Shown: positions 1 through 10,588, counted from the stretch's first letter. The stretch: 25,757 nt of DNA from Cyanobacteria bacterium P01_D01_bin.156 (GCA_039024555.1 JBCCQQ010000077.1:1-25757), one strand, 5' to 3'. Notes: generated from the letters alone by a model not told the origin. A program made the numbers and translations.

Positions 1-912
1 CTTCTCTAGATAGCTTTGGTAGATTGACGGTATCATAGGGCGTGATAGGTCGTGTTCGTAAAACTAGCCTATCTTTTTTTATCTACCCATTCTTAACCAC
101 TGAATTTATAAGGCTTGCAGCAGTTGTGTAACCCCGTCAGATGCAGACTAATTAAAACTGTTAACGTCTGATCAACGCTTCAGTTTTCTAGATACCTCTA
201 ATTAATCATCCTGCGTTTTTAAGCATGACTATTACTTTTAGTACACCGGTCAAACTCCCTGATGAACGCAGTGGAGTGTTCATTCCTTGTGGATACCGTT
301 TACATGGGCGGGTCCGGGTGAAGGTTCGAAAGGTTCGAGGATGACGTAAAGTTTGGCTCTATGAGGAGGATTGCGTTCCAGATTACAACTACGAGGAGAA
401 AACCATAGTAGAGCCGTAAGCAGCTGCCTACGCTCAAGCAAGGCTTGGTAGTTTCTTCAGATTTGCCCGTTTTCAGAACTTTGGCGGTAAACGGGCAAGT
501 TTATAGGAGTGTTGGAAACCACCCCAGAAACATTTGGATAACAGTTTCTATGGGAGTCGTTACAATTCAATAGTAATATTAAGTTACGTAAAGCAATTAT
601 TGCTCAAATGTTAAGGCGCTCTAGAATCTAAAGTAATTATTAAATTTTTAATTTTGGACATGGCTTCACGAGGAATGGCAATTGTTCACCTACCTAGTAG
701 TTCCTCGTTGCTGCCGATTCGTTATGTGGACTTTCCAGGTTGATTTATCGGTAATTTGCCCTTTCCGCGAAGGGAGCTTTGGAAATTTTAGATGGCAATG
801 TCTGCTTCAGCCCTCGATTTATACCGATTTCTTCCAATAAGCATGGCGACAGCCAAATATTTCAGACTTAGCTAGGCGTATCTAGCATTTAAATAGTTTT
901 ACTCTCCTACTC

Positions 913-963
913 GGCGATTAGAGTTTTCCGTTGTTCAAGAAAGCTCTAATCGCCCTTTCTTCT
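913..963 (+). terminator. Strong hairpin with pyrimidine-rich tail, 31 nt upstream of the 986 ATG (terminator/attenuator-like)
   Basis: GGCGATTAGAGTTTTC (913-928) pairs with GAAAGCTCTAATCGCC (939-954): 16 bp including one G-U pair, followed by CTTTCTTCT. Confidence 0.5.
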
Positions 964-985
964 AGCAATTCAAACTGTTACACCC

Positions 986-1228
986 ATGACCTTAATCGAT
1001 AGTGAAAATCTCAGGTTTATTTGGGGCTTAGTAGAAAACTATAGCCATGTATTAAAGGATATGAGTGATGATGCCGCTTGCTTTTGGCTGTTAAAACAGA
1101 TCAGAGAAAATATTCATCTCAATCATGCCGAAATGGTTGAGATAAAGGCTTATATCGGTAGCCGTATTCATCTAATTCGTGACCTTGAAAACCCAGAGAA
1201 TATTCAGGGTTACGGCGCCCCAGTCTAG
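986..1228 (+). CDS. Small conserved cyanobacterial hypothetical protein (80 aa)
   Basis: Pattern LR.IW.LVE...L..DD....WLLKQ......L...E.....YI.SR..LIRDL resembles a widespread ~70-80 aa cyanobacterial family (recalled, not searched). Confidence 0.7.
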   Translation: MTLIDSENLRFIWGLVENYSHVLKDMSDDAACFWLLKQIRENIHLNHAEMVEIKAYIGSRIHLIRDLENPENIQGYGAPV

Positions 1229-1712
1229 CCTTCAAAAGCTTATAAATGGGCATGTACAGAGTTTCCATACAATAAATCCGTACAGACCCATCGGTAAAAG
1301 AATAAGGCTGACGAGAAAGAACACAGAGACTTTAGTCAGCATTTGTTCTTGTAAAACAAATGCCTTAGATTTCTGACGCATATCACCGGGGGACGCTTCA
1401 ATTGGCCAAAGCACACATTTTCTGAAACTAAGAAACGTGTGCATACAAAATCGTTAAACAGATGGCGAACCTGATCTTTTCAAATTCGCATTCTTAATCC
1501 GGATACTCTCTAGAATCAGCCATTAGGACCAGATAGCTTGACCAGAGATCGGTTCAAATTCATATTCCTCATCAAGTATGACGGCTCCTCTGATAGATGT
1601 TAAGAGAAATAAAAATTTGTTTAATATTTTGTAATAATTACGGTAGCAATAAAATGCGCTGACCTGTGTCTAATATTTTGAGTCGTGCGCTTTTTTATCA
1701 TTTCTCGCCAGT

Positions 1713-3968
1713 ATGAGACAGTCTGTTCTCCAATCCGGTCGCCTTCAAAAAGACCATGAGTTTTACCCAGTTCATTTAATTGGAGCCATTCAGCCCCATG
1801 GTTTTTTGCTGGTGTCTAAGGGGGCTGGATTTACGATTGTGCAGGCGAGTCAAAATACGGGCGCCCACTTAAATGTTGCTCCAGAAACCCTGATCGGGCA
1901 GTCGCTGTCTAAATTGATTGCTTCCTCATCGATGACCCGGCTTCAGCAGCGGTTAGAGCTTTGTTCGGACTTCCCCAGCTATGTTCCTGTGACGGTAGGA
2001 ACTCAGAATTTTGATGGGCAGGTGCATCAGATGGATGACCAGATCATCTTAGAGTTAGAGCCTGTAGAGGCTCACCCGACCGTTGATCCGGTGTCTTTAC
2101 AAGATGATGTCCAACAAGCCATGGCTCGGTTACGTCATAAAAAAGATATCACAGTATTTTTGCAGGCAGCTGTGGCGGAAATTCAAGCGTTGACTGGCTA
2201 TGACCGGGTGATGGCCTATCGGTTTGATGACAGTCAAGCGGGGGAGGTAGTCGCTGAGGTAAAACCGACTGAGGCCATATCTTATTTGGGGTTACACTAT
2301 CCAGCTACTGATGTGCCCGAGCTAGTGCGCCAGCTTTATCAGGAAAGTCTAGTCCGATTTATTCCAGATTTAGTGGCTCCCCAGGCTGCGCTCGTCACTG
2401 CAGAAAGCATTTCATCGGAATCAACCTTAGATTTACGCCATGCCATGCTTCGGGGGGTAGACCCTTGTTGCATCGAATATCATCAGAACATGAATGTTAC
2501 CGGGTTAGGGGTGATCGCTCTGGTGAGTGATCATCAACTTTGGGGACTGATTGCCTGCCACCATCCCACGGCGCACAACATCCCCTATGCCGTGAGATCT
2601 GCCTGTAAAATCCTGGGGCAGTTTATCGGGGCAGAGCTAACGAGTAAAGTCAATCAACAGGCCTTAGACGAGCTAAATACTCTCAAAGCCATTCAAGCGG
2701 ACTTCATTGACTCAATTTCCCGTGCCGAAGGCTTTAAGCAAGCGCTCATCCACCCAGAACCCCGGTTATTAGATGTCGTCAGGGCCCAAGGTACCGTGGT
2801 TTGTTTAGACAACGACCTTACTCTTATCGGCAATACCCCGACTATAGAAGAGGTTCAGCCTTTGATCGATTGGGCGATGTCAGACCTAGATAGCGATATT
2901 TTTCACACGGACTGTCTATCAAATCACTACCCAGAGTCCCTGGAATTTAAGACCGTAGCGAGCGGTGCTCTGGTACTCAAGATTTCTCAACTGCGACGCT
3001 ATCTGATTGTGTGGTTTCGCCCTGAAGTACTGCAAACGGTTAACTGGGCCGGGAATCCTAACGCATCCGTGCGCACAACAGATGATGGGGAGGTTTTAAT
3101 TTGTCCCCGCACCTCATTTGAGGCGTGGCAAGAGATTGTACAAGCTACAGCGCTACCCTGGCAGGCAGAAGAAATCGCCAATGCCTTAGCCCTTAAGAAT
3201 GCCATTGTGGGTATTGTGCTGAATAAAGCAGATGAGCTGGCTCAAATCAATCTCGACTTAGAGCGCAGTAATCGAGAACTGGACTCGTTTGCCTATGCGG
3301 CTTCCCACGACCTCAAGGAACCTCTGCGAGGCATCACCAATTTTTCGAACCTGCTGATGAGACGCAACAGCCAAGGGTTGGATGAGTCAGGTATGAAACG
3401 TTTAAGGACGTTGGTGAAACTATCTCATCGGATGGATGCCCTAATTGATGCGTTGTTAAGATTTTCTCGACTCGGTCAAACTGAGCTGCACTTGGATCCG
3501 ACGGATCTAAACGCAGTGTTATCAAGGGCTATAGATGTGTTGAAAGCTGGGCGTGAAGGTCGGGCTAATTTACCTCCGATTCAGGTTCCACACCCTTTAC
3601 CGTGGGTTAATGGGGACCCGGTGTTACTGGCAGAGGTGTTTAGTAATTTACTGAGCAATGCCCTTAAATACACCGACAAAGCCCAACCTAGAATTGAGGT
3701 GGGTCATTGCATGACCGATGACCTCACCTCAGATATCTGTGTGCTCTATGTGAAAGACGATGGTATTGGGGTTGCCCCCCAGCATTTACAGACTATTTTT
3801 CGCCTTTTTAAGCGGTTACATGAGCGAGATAGCTATGGAGGGGGGACCGGGGCCGGTCTGACCATCACTCAAAAAATCATTGAGCGTCATGGGGGCAGGA
3901 TCTGGGTAGAGTCCACTCCAGGGGAAGGGACGATAGTTTACTTCGTGTTAAACTGTTACAAAAATTAA
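1713..3968 (+). CDS. Knotted phytochrome histidine kinase (PAS-GAF-PHY-HisKA-HATPase), Cph1-like, tandem-cysteine type
   Basis: GAIQPHG (PAS), DRVMAYRF and GLHYPATDVP (DIP-motif variant), LRGVDPCCIEY (bilin Cys), PRTSF (PHY tongue), ASHDLKEPLR (H box), NLLSNALKY, DDGIG, GTGAGL. Confidence 0.93.
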   Translation: MRQSVLQSGRLQKDHEFYPVHLIGAIQPHGFLLVSKGAGFTIVQASQNTGAHLNVAPETLIGQSLSKLIASSSMTRLQQRLELCSDFPSYVPVTVGTQNFDGQVHQMDDQIILELEPVEAHPTVDPVSLQDDVQQAMARLRHKKDITVFLQAAVAEIQALTGYDRVMAYRFDDSQAGEVVAEVKPTEAISYLGLHYPATDVPELVRQLYQESLVRFIPDLVAPQAALVTAESISSESTLDLRHAMLRGVDPCCIEYHQNMNVTGLGVIALVSDHQLWGLIACHHPTAHNIPYAVRSACKILGQFIGAELTSKVNQQALDELNTLKAIQADFIDSISRAEGFKQALIHPEPRLLDVVRAQGTVVCLDNDLTLIGNTPTIEEVQPLIDWAMSDLDSDIFHTDCLSNHYPESLEFKTVASGALVLKISQLRRYLIVWFRPEVLQTVNWAGNPNASVRTTDDGEVLICPRTSFEAWQEIVQATALPWQAEEIANALALKNAIVGIVLNKADELAQINLDLERSNRELDSFAYAASHDLKEPLRGITNFSNLLMRRNSQGLDESGMKRLRTLVKLSHRMDALIDALLRFSRLGQTELHLDPTDLNAVLSRAIDVLKAGREGRANLPPIQVPHPLPWVNGDPVLLAEVFSNLLSNALKYTDKAQPRIEVGHCMTDDLTSDICVLYVKDDGIGVAPQHLQTIFRLFKRLHERDSYGGGTGAGLTITQKIIERHGGRIWVESTPGEGTIVYFVLNCYKN

Positions 3969-4001
3969 TATTAAGCGCTAAAAAATAAGAATCAGATTTT
4001 C

Positions 4002-4463
4002 ATGGAAAAGCGTGAGCTAATGCCGCTCCTCGTTGTTGAGGATAGTGATGAAGACTTTGAGGTCCTGCAAGTTTTTATGGAGGATCTGGAGATAGAGAAT
4101 CCTATTTATCGTTGTACTACTGGAGATAAGGCATTAGATTTTTTGTATCAGTTCCCTACTCAAGTATCTACTGATAAGCGGGGGCTGCCTTCTCTGATTC
4201 TGCTAGATCTCAACTTGCCTGGCACCGATGGCAAAGAGGTATTGGAGCGACTTAAGCAGGATCAGCGATTTTGTGATATACCCATTGTTATTTTCACCAC
4301 CAATGCCGATCCTGATGTGGTGAAGTTCTGCTATCGCAAAGGGGCCAATGGATATTTGATAAAGCCCGTTGAAACAGACCGCTTTGAGAAGGCAATCCAG
4401 GCACTTGTGCATTATTGGCTAGAAACGAATATTCCACCTGATTGGGTTGAGATTACGGGTTGA
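4002..4463 (+). CDS. Rcp1-type single-domain response regulator
   Basis: LLVVEDSDED, LILLDLNLPG, IVIFTT, GANGYLIKP, C-terminal YW; directly follows the phytochrome as in cph1-rcp1. Confidence 0.92.
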   Translation: MEKRELMPLLVVEDSDEDFEVLQVFMEDLEIENPIYRCTTGDKALDFLYQFPTQVSTDKRGLPSLILLDLNLPGTDGKEVLERLKQDQRFCDIPIVIFTTNADPDVVKFCYRKGANGYLIKPVETDRFEKAIQALVHYWLETNIPPDWVEITG

Positions 4464-4720
4464 TACTACGACACATTTCGGAAGTCCGGTGTGATGCTGG
4501 CTATGGAAATCTCGACGCAACAACTGGTTTATCAGGATAGTTCGACTATCTCAGGACAACAGCGTTCAAGTTGATTACAGCAAAATTAAGGTCTTGATAG
4601 AGTAGGCGAGACTCGTTGCTCGCCACAGGTTGGGGTGAGTTATTTTTAATATCTATTTATATTTGGTTGAAAAATAAGTTCAAATGTTAAATTTATGTAA
4701 TAAATGACAGCCTCATTACA

Positions 4721-6334
4721 ATGTCTGCATTTCATTCGCTCCTCATCATTGATGATTGTGCAGAAGATCGGGAAGTTTATCGCGATTATCTATCCGATGA
4801 CCCGCATAATACCTACGAGTTTTATGAAGCGGGCTTGGCAGCGGCTGGGTTAGAGTTATTTTTGCATCGATCATTTGACGCGGTATTGCTCGATTTCTAC
4901 ATGCCCGATATGACCGGGCTAGAGTTTTTGGGGCAGCTACAACAACGCCACCTTAAGGTGTGGTCTCCCATTATTATGTTGACTGGTCAGGGCAATGAGG
5001 ATCTGGCTGTTCAGGCAATGAAGCGAGGTGTACAGGACTATCTTGGTAAGCAGCAACTGCAGCCAGAAGTCTTGCAGCGCACGGTGAGAAGCGTTATTCA
5101 ACAATCTCATTTGCATGTCACGCTGAATAAAACCCGTGAACAACAGCGGGTGATTGCAACAACGTCACTACGGATTCGACAGTCGCTGGATCTCAGTCAG
5201 ATTTTGGATACTGCTGTAGCGGAAGTTCAGCAGCTTTTGGAATGTGACCATGTGGCGGTTTATCAATGTGGTTCAGAGCAGACACCAACAATTCAAGCTG
5301 AACTGGGAAGTCGTTGCGGGATGCCGCTGTTAAATCCGGAGGGACTGCTGACAAATTCAGCTTGTTCGCCTTCTGGCCTAGATAAATCTTGGCCAGAAGA
5401 TCACCGCGATCTGATTGCGCCAATTATTTTAAGCGATCGCACCTCTTCCCAAGGGTGGACATGGGGATATTTTGTCGCGCACCAATACTCTAAACAAACA
5501 CCCTGGCAGTCTGAAGAGCAAAGTTTACTGCAGAAGTTGTCGGTACAACTTGCGATCGCAATCCAACAAGCCGAACTTCTTTCCCAGACCCAGACCGCCT
5601 TGGAAAAAGCTCAGGAACTCAATCACCTCAAATCTCAAATTCTAGCCACCGTTTCCCATGAATACCGCTCTCCATTAGCGGCTATTCTGGGGGCAGCCTC
5701 TACCCTGGACCGTCACGGTGAGAGTCTAGAGGCATCAAGACAAGCTCGCTTTCTCCACATGATCCAGGACAAAGCCAGGCACATGACTCGGCTGGTAGAC
5801 AATATGCTTGTCATGCATCAGTGTGAGATTGACCAAGCCAAGTTTGTTCCATCGCCCATGAATTTATTGCAATTCCTTGCCAACCTGGTGGAAGAGCATA
5901 GAGAAACATTGGGTAATACTCACGAGCTGATTTTTCAAATGAGCGGTAAGACTGAAGGCTTTTGGGGTGACCCAGGCATACTACGCTTAATTTTTGATAA
6001 TCTCCTCTCAAACGCTATCAAGTTTTCACCTAATGCGAGGCGGGTCAATATTCACCTGCAGGGCACGCCAGAAGATGTATCCATTTCCATCAAAGATACT
6101 GGTATTGGCATTCCCAAGGCCGATCAGCCACATCTCTTTCAATCCTTTAGTCGCGCTAGTAATGCCAGGGATATTCAAGGCATTGGGCTAGGGTTGTCCA
6201 TTACCAAAGCATGTATAGAACTGCATGAAGGAGAGCTGCAGTTAGAGAGTCAAGAAGGTGAAGGCACAACCATGATGGTGTGTCTTCCAAAGCAGCCCAA
6301 AGCAGCCCAAAACATTTATAGGTCAGATTTGTAG
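4721..6334 (+). CDS. Hybrid sensor kinase, REC-GAF(shortened)-HisKA-HATPase
   Basis: IIDD, LLDFYMPDMTG, IMLTGQG (REC); IRQSLDL...LAIAIQQAEL (GAF); VSHEYRSPL, NLLSNAIKFS, DTGIGI, GIGLGL (kinase). Confidence 0.92.
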   Translation: MSAFHSLLIIDDCAEDREVYRDYLSDDPHNTYEFYEAGLAAAGLELFLHRSFDAVLLDFYMPDMTGLEFLGQLQQRHLKVWSPIIMLTGQGNEDLAVQAMKRGVQDYLGKQQLQPEVLQRTVRSVIQQSHLHVTLNKTREQQRVIATTSLRIRQSLDLSQILDTAVAEVQQLLECDHVAVYQCGSEQTPTIQAELGSRCGMPLLNPEGLLTNSACSPSGLDKSWPEDHRDLIAPIILSDRTSSQGWTWGYFVAHQYSKQTPWQSEEQSLLQKLSVQLAIAIQQAELLSQTQTALEKAQELNHLKSQILATVSHEYRSPLAAILGAASTLDRHGESLEASRQARFLHMIQDKARHMTRLVDNMLVMHQCEIDQAKFVPSPMNLLQFLANLVEEHRETLGNTHELIFQMSGKTEGFWGDPGILRLIFDNLLSNAIKFSPNARRVNIHLQGTPEDVSISIKDTGIGIPKADQPHLFQSFSRASNARDIQGIGLGLSITKACIELHEGELQLESQEGEGTTMMVCLPKQPKAAQNIYRSDL

Positions 6335-6442
6335 GTTAGAAGAAACTGAGCGATACTGGCCAGCCTGATAGCAAAGACTATCGAGATGGGTCATAGTTTG
6401 AAAAGATGGATAGCAATCTGCTAAGTATATTCGAACGACTCC

Positions 6443-6748
6443 ATGGCTAAAAAGTCTGCCCAGAAGCCTAAATCAAAAGACCAAGTGCCTGTAAAACCCC
6501 CTGGCATGAGCCAAGAACGGTTTGAAAAATTAGTGCAGGAAACCCAATCACCGTTTAAAGGGTTTCGTAAATTTATTTACGGCGCAGTCTTAGCGTCTGG
6601 GTTACTGGGTGGGTTTGTATTTTTGACTCAGTTGATCGCTGGCAGAGAAGTGAACACAGCGCTGCAAAACCTGGCGGTGCAGCTAGGTGTGGTGGGTATC
6701 GCCATATTTTTATTCTGGTTAGAGGGCCGAGGCAAGGGTGACGCATAG
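6443..6748 (+). CDS. DUF3493-family small membrane protein
   Basis: E.QSPFKGFRKFIY....ASG..GGFVF..QL.AG......N.A.Q pattern, with two hydrophobic helices. Confidence 0.75.
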   Translation: MAKKSAQKPKSKDQVPVKPPGMSQERFEKLVQETQSPFKGFRKFIYGAVLASGLLGGFVFLTQLIAGREVNTALQNLAVQLGVVGIAIFLFWLEGRGKGDA

Positions 6749-7325
6749 TGGGCGACCAGTGGTGGTGCTGGTGCACGGTCTTTGGAATACGGTAGGTATC
6801 TTTAATCGCTTGCAGCCTTATTTAGAAGATCGGGGTTGGAGCGTCCATGCTGTTGGTTTAACCCCCAATAATGGAGATATTGGCATCGAACAGCAGGCGG
6901 GGCAGCTCAAAGCCTTTATTGATAAATCTATTGGGCAGCGGTCTTTCTCTCTGCTGGGATTTAGCATGGGAGGACTGGTAAGCCGCTATTATCTACAGCG
7001 TCTGGGGGGACTGCAGCGGGTACAACGGTTTGTGGGTGTGGCGGTCCCCCATTATGGCTCGGTTCTGGCCTGGTTTCGCTGGAACATAGGGGGGCGTCAG
7101 ATGCAGCCAAACAGCACATTCTTACACAATCTAAATCAAGATATGGCGATGCTACAGAGATGCCGTCCGGTATGGCTGTGGACTCCCTACGATTTACTCG
7201 TCATACCAGCTCAGAATTGTTGTTTGCCCATTGGTAAAACAAGGCGTTTGCCAGTGTCTAGTCATAATGGCATGTTGCGAGATGAACGAAGTTTAAGGGC
7301 GATCGCAACCATTCTTGACTCCTAA
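6738..7325 (+). CDS. Alpha/beta-hydrolase (small lipase/esterase)
   Basis: VVLVHG oxyanion motif, GFSMGG nucleophile elbow, candidate Asp (YDLL) and His (SHNG); GTG start overlaps the upstream gene. Confidence 0.88.
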   Translation: MTHSGRPVVVLVHGLWNTVGIFNRLQPYLEDRGWSVHAVGLTPNNGDIGIEQQAGQLKAFIDKSIGQRSFSLLGFSMGGLVSRYYLQRLGGLQRVQRFVGVAVPHYGSVLAWFRWNIGGRQMQPNSTFLHNLNQDMAMLQRCRPVWLWTPYDLLVIPAQNCCLPIGKTRRLPVSSHNGMLRDERSLRAIATILDS

Positions 7326-7361
7326 ATTTTCCTCTACTTGCCCAAGGTTGGCATTTTCAAA

Positions 7362-7907
7362 CTATGTTTCTAGGCTTTGTCTATTAGAGGAACTGGTCAA
7401 ATACTTAACGATCAGATAGACAATTACCATGGTTGGTAAAAGGCTTGCAGCGACTAAACGAAACGTCCCCAGCTGCCATCCGATGATTAGTCCCAGAGCT
7501 ATCGTATTGACGATAAGAACAGGGCTTCGTTCTTGCAATCCCAAAGGCTCTATGGGCTGCAAGCTACCAGGGTAGAGCTGAATCTTCGCCAGGGTATTGA
7601 ATAATAGCTGGCTAATGAGAACTGTTGCGGTGCCCATACCCAGCTTCAACCAAGCTAGGTAGAAGCCGATTAGTTCTAAGACAATTGTTATAAGCGTGAG
7701 CCAATAAAATCGTCTGACGCGCTTGTCTGCCAGGGTAACTTGGTGAATATTGTTGAGATCCACAAGCGCCATACGCCCTTGATCTACACAAAGCAACGCA
7801 AGGGCGATCGCAACTCCCAGACTAGCTAGCGGCTGATAATTCCAGGCCAATATACCAACAGCCGCAACACCAAACAGCCCTCCTAGAGTTACTAAAGGAG
7901 CTCGCAT
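7362..7907 (-). CDS. Hypothetical multi-pass membrane protein, overlapping the aroC stop
   Basis: About six hydrophobic segments; ATG at 7907 (MRAPLV) overlaps the aroC end; the ORF track extends it to 7937. Confidence 0.7.
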   Translation of the reverse strand: MRAPLVTLGGLFGVAAVGILAWNYQPLASLGVAIALALLCVDQGRMALVDLNNIHQVTLADKRVRRFYWLTLITIVLELIGFYLAWLKLGMGTATVLISQLLFNTLAKIQLYPGSLQPIEPLGLQERSPVLIVNTIALGLIIGWQLGTFRLVAASLLPTMVIVYLIVKYLTSSSNRQSLET

Positions 7908-8980
7908 TGGCCATGGTGACGTAACAAATGATCGCACAGCACCAAGGCCATCATCGCTTCCACCATCGGTACCGCCCGAGGCAACACGCAGGGGTCATGG
8001 CGACCCCGACCAGACAGTGTTGTTTCATTCCCCTGCTGATCCACGGTTTTTTGTTCTTTCAAAATTGTTGCTGTGGGTTTAAATGCCACCCGGATAACAA
8101 TATTCTCACCGTTGGAAATGCCCCCCTGGGTACCGCCGGAACGGTTAGTACGGGTGCGAATAGTGCCATCGGCATCGGTGTAAAACTCGTCGTTATGCTG
8201 ACTGCCAGTGAGCAGGGTTCCGGCAAAACCAGAGCCTAGCTCAAAGCCCTTACTGGCGGGCAGAGACATCATGCCTTTTGCCAAATCAGCTTCCAGCTTG
8301 TCAAATACGGGGGCGCCCAAACCCTTGGGTACTTCACGGGCTATGCATTCAACCACACCGCCAATGGAGTCGCCATCTTTGCGTACCTGATCGATGCGGG
8401 CAATCATTTCCTCAGCAAAGTCTGGATTGGGACAGCGCACAATGTTACTTTCCACCTGCTCCAAGGTGACGCTGTTGGGGTCGATGGGGGCTTCCATATC
8501 CTGAATACGCTTGACGTAACCAACGATTTCTACCCCCGCTACCTGCTGCAGGATTTTCTTTGCGATCGCACCTGCTGCCACTCGACCAATGGTTTCCCGC
8601 GCCGACGACCGGCCTCCCCCCTGGTAATTGCGAATGCCATATTTAGCATCGTAGGTGGCATCTGCATGGGACGGACGATACTTAGTCGCCATCTCGCCGT
8701 AGTCTTGGGGGCGCTGATCTTTATTGCGTACCAGTACGGTAATCGGAGTTCCTAACGTTTTGCCCTGAAACACACCGGAAACAATCTCACAGGTATCGGT
8801 TTCCTTACGCGGTGTAGTGATTTTGCTCTGACCTGGGCGACGGCGATCTAAATCCACCTGAATCTCATCAGCGGAGATCTCTAACTGAGGCGGACAGCCG
8901 TCAATAACAACACCCACACCACCTCCGTGGGACTCGCCAAAGGTGGTGATCCGAAATAGATGGCCGAAGGTATTGCCCAT
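7892..8980 (-). CDS. aroC: Chorismate synthase
   Basis: [36 protein letters not shown] motifs; start taken at MGNTFG (ATG 8980) rather than the track's 9013. Confidence 0.98.
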   Translation of the reverse strand: MGNTFGHLFRITTFGESHGGGVGVVIDGCPPQLEISADEIQVDLDRRRPGQSKITTPRKETDTCEIVSGVFQGKTLGTPITVLVRNKDQRPQDYGEMATKYRPSHADATYDAKYGIRNYQGGGRSSARETIGRVAAGAIAKKILQQVAGVEIVGYVKRIQDMEAPIDPNSVTLEQVESNIVRCPNPDFAEEMIARIDQVRKDGDSIGGVVECIAREVPKGLGAPVFDKLEADLAKGMMSLPASKGFELGSGFAGTLLTGSQHNDEFYTDADGTIRTRTNRSGGTQGGISNGENIVIRVAFKPTATILKEQKTVDQQGNETTLSGRGRHDPCVLPRAVPMVEAMMALVLCDHLLRHHGQCELL

Positions 8981-9059
8981 AGGTTTCTGGTAGAAATTGT
9001 GAAAACCTTTCAATCCTACCGTGGATATGGCCTAACAGGGACTTACCCTGCAAAGGAAG

Positions 9060-9971
9060 CTAACGCAGTCGCCAGTAGTCTGCAATGGTGCTGTCCCCAT
9101 CCAACTTCATATGATTACGAGGATTGACCGCATCCCCCTTGTAATAGATGCCGTAGTGCAGGTGAGGGCCTGAAGAACGACCGGTATTACCCAGATAGCC
9201 CACCACATCACCACGCTTTACTCTAGCTCCGCTAGACACAGCTATCTTGGACATGTGGGCATAGAGTGTTTCAAACCCATAGCCATGATCGACCGTTACC
9301 GTATTGCCGTAGCCACCGTAATACTCTGAACGCTTTACAACACCGTCGGCTGTTGCCACGATAGCTGTACCGTAGGGACCTACGAAGTCGGTTCCTTCAT
9401 GGGTTTCATAGGAATAGCCACCAAAGGGGTTACGACGTAGGCCAAACTCGGATGAAATATCAATAGGTCCGGCAATGGGAATACCATCTGGATAGGCCGC
9501 CACCTTCGCTTCCTCAGCCGCTAGGGTCTCTTCCAGGGCCGGCTTGATGCTGCCATCTAGCAAACTGTTCAATCGCGGTAGCTTAGCTCGAGCCTCCTCA
9601 TATAGCTCAAGACCGCTAGCCACCACGCCGATGCCACCTCGAGGAGGCACCTCATCGGACGCTTCGTTGGGTAACTCCCCCTGTTCAGGCAGCCCCGCCC
9701 GCTCTTTAAGGTTTTCAATTTCTGAATCTAAGCTGTTGAGGTCGCTTAGGACTTCATGGGCCTGGTCTGTTAGCTGGCGATTCTCATCCGCCAGCTGGGC
9801 ATTGCTTTGAAACAGCGAGAAAATGACGGCTCCAAGCCAGCCCAAAGGCACACCAACTAAAACAAACGCCGCAATAATGCCAGCTAGGGGAGTAAAGGTA
9901 ATCGTGACAGGGGTTTGCCCAGAACGAGTAACCAAGACCGTATAGTTTTTCAGCAATCGCCAACGACGCAT
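9060..9971 (-). CDS. M23-family metallopeptidase (membrane anchor, coiled coil, LytM domain)
   Basis: HEGTD (HxxxD), YAHM, GNTGRSSGPHLHY (HxH); N-terminal TM helix. Confidence 0.93.
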   Translation of the reverse strand: MRRWRLLKNYTVLVTRSGQTPVTITFTPLAGIIAAFVLVGVPLGWLGAVIFSLFQSNAQLADENRQLTDQAHEVLSDLNSLDSEIENLKERAGLPEQGELPNEASDEVPPRGGIGVVASGLELYEEARAKLPRLNSLLDGSIKPALEETLAAEEAKVAAYPDGIPIAGPIDISSEFGLRRNPFGGYSYETHEGTDFVGPYGTAIVATADGVVKRSEYYGGYGNTVTVDHGYGFETLYAHMSKIAVSSGARVKRGDVVGYLGNTGRSSGPHLHYGIYYKGDAVNPRNHMKLDGDSTIADYWRLR

Positions 9972-10588
9972 AGACAGTGAATTTGAGCGCTCTATGAGAT
10001 GGAAAACCAGCTATGTTGCCAATGTCTCACACTAACAGCTGAATCTCTACGATGAATCAGCATGATTATACGGGGATCGCTCCAGGAAAGTGAAAAGTAA
10101 TTTGAAGAAACGTATAAAGTGCCCTTGTATTATAAGTAAAACTTAATGTTTGTTTTGACTGAGTAGTGCGCCTCCTATTCAGTCACAGTCAGTGATGACG
10201 GCTTAAAACTCAGTTTTAAAGGGTTTGATGTCTGCTTATCTGACATATTTTGTGGCACAGATAAAAATCGTCGTTACTGATTCTATAAAATGACGTTAGC
10301 TTGCGGATTTTGCATCAAGAAAGCGCTTGCGTAGCATTTCATCCTCGAAATTGGTAACGGTAAACCATCTAACTCAAGATTTAACCCTGAATGGACTCGT
10401 CACTTTGATAATCGCAATTAGACAACAGGCATACCTAAGTGGATAAAGCTGCCTTGTTACTAAGGTAGGGGCTGTGTAACTTAGAAGAGTGCTGTCTGTC
10501 TAAAGCAGCAGTCATTGAGGCTTCATGGTCAATAAACTGCTCTCTTTCATGGTTACAGCGAGGGTATTTGGAGGGGTAAGAGGTATTT

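Noticed and set aside
573..587. GTAA...TTAC dyad resembling an NtcA site (also GTA-N5-TAC at 1631-1641)
   Set aside because: Spacing is not GTA-N8-TAC in either case
1232..1444. Minus-strand 70-aa ORF; the last 36 aa from ATG 1342 form a hydrophobic helix
   Set aside because: Could be a small membrane protein, but there is no clear RBS or recognisable family, so the call is unsupported
6287..6311. 10-bp tandem duplication CCAAAGCAGC at the end of the hybrid kinase gene
   Set aside because: Lies after the HATPase domain and only alters a short tail; likely neutral slippage
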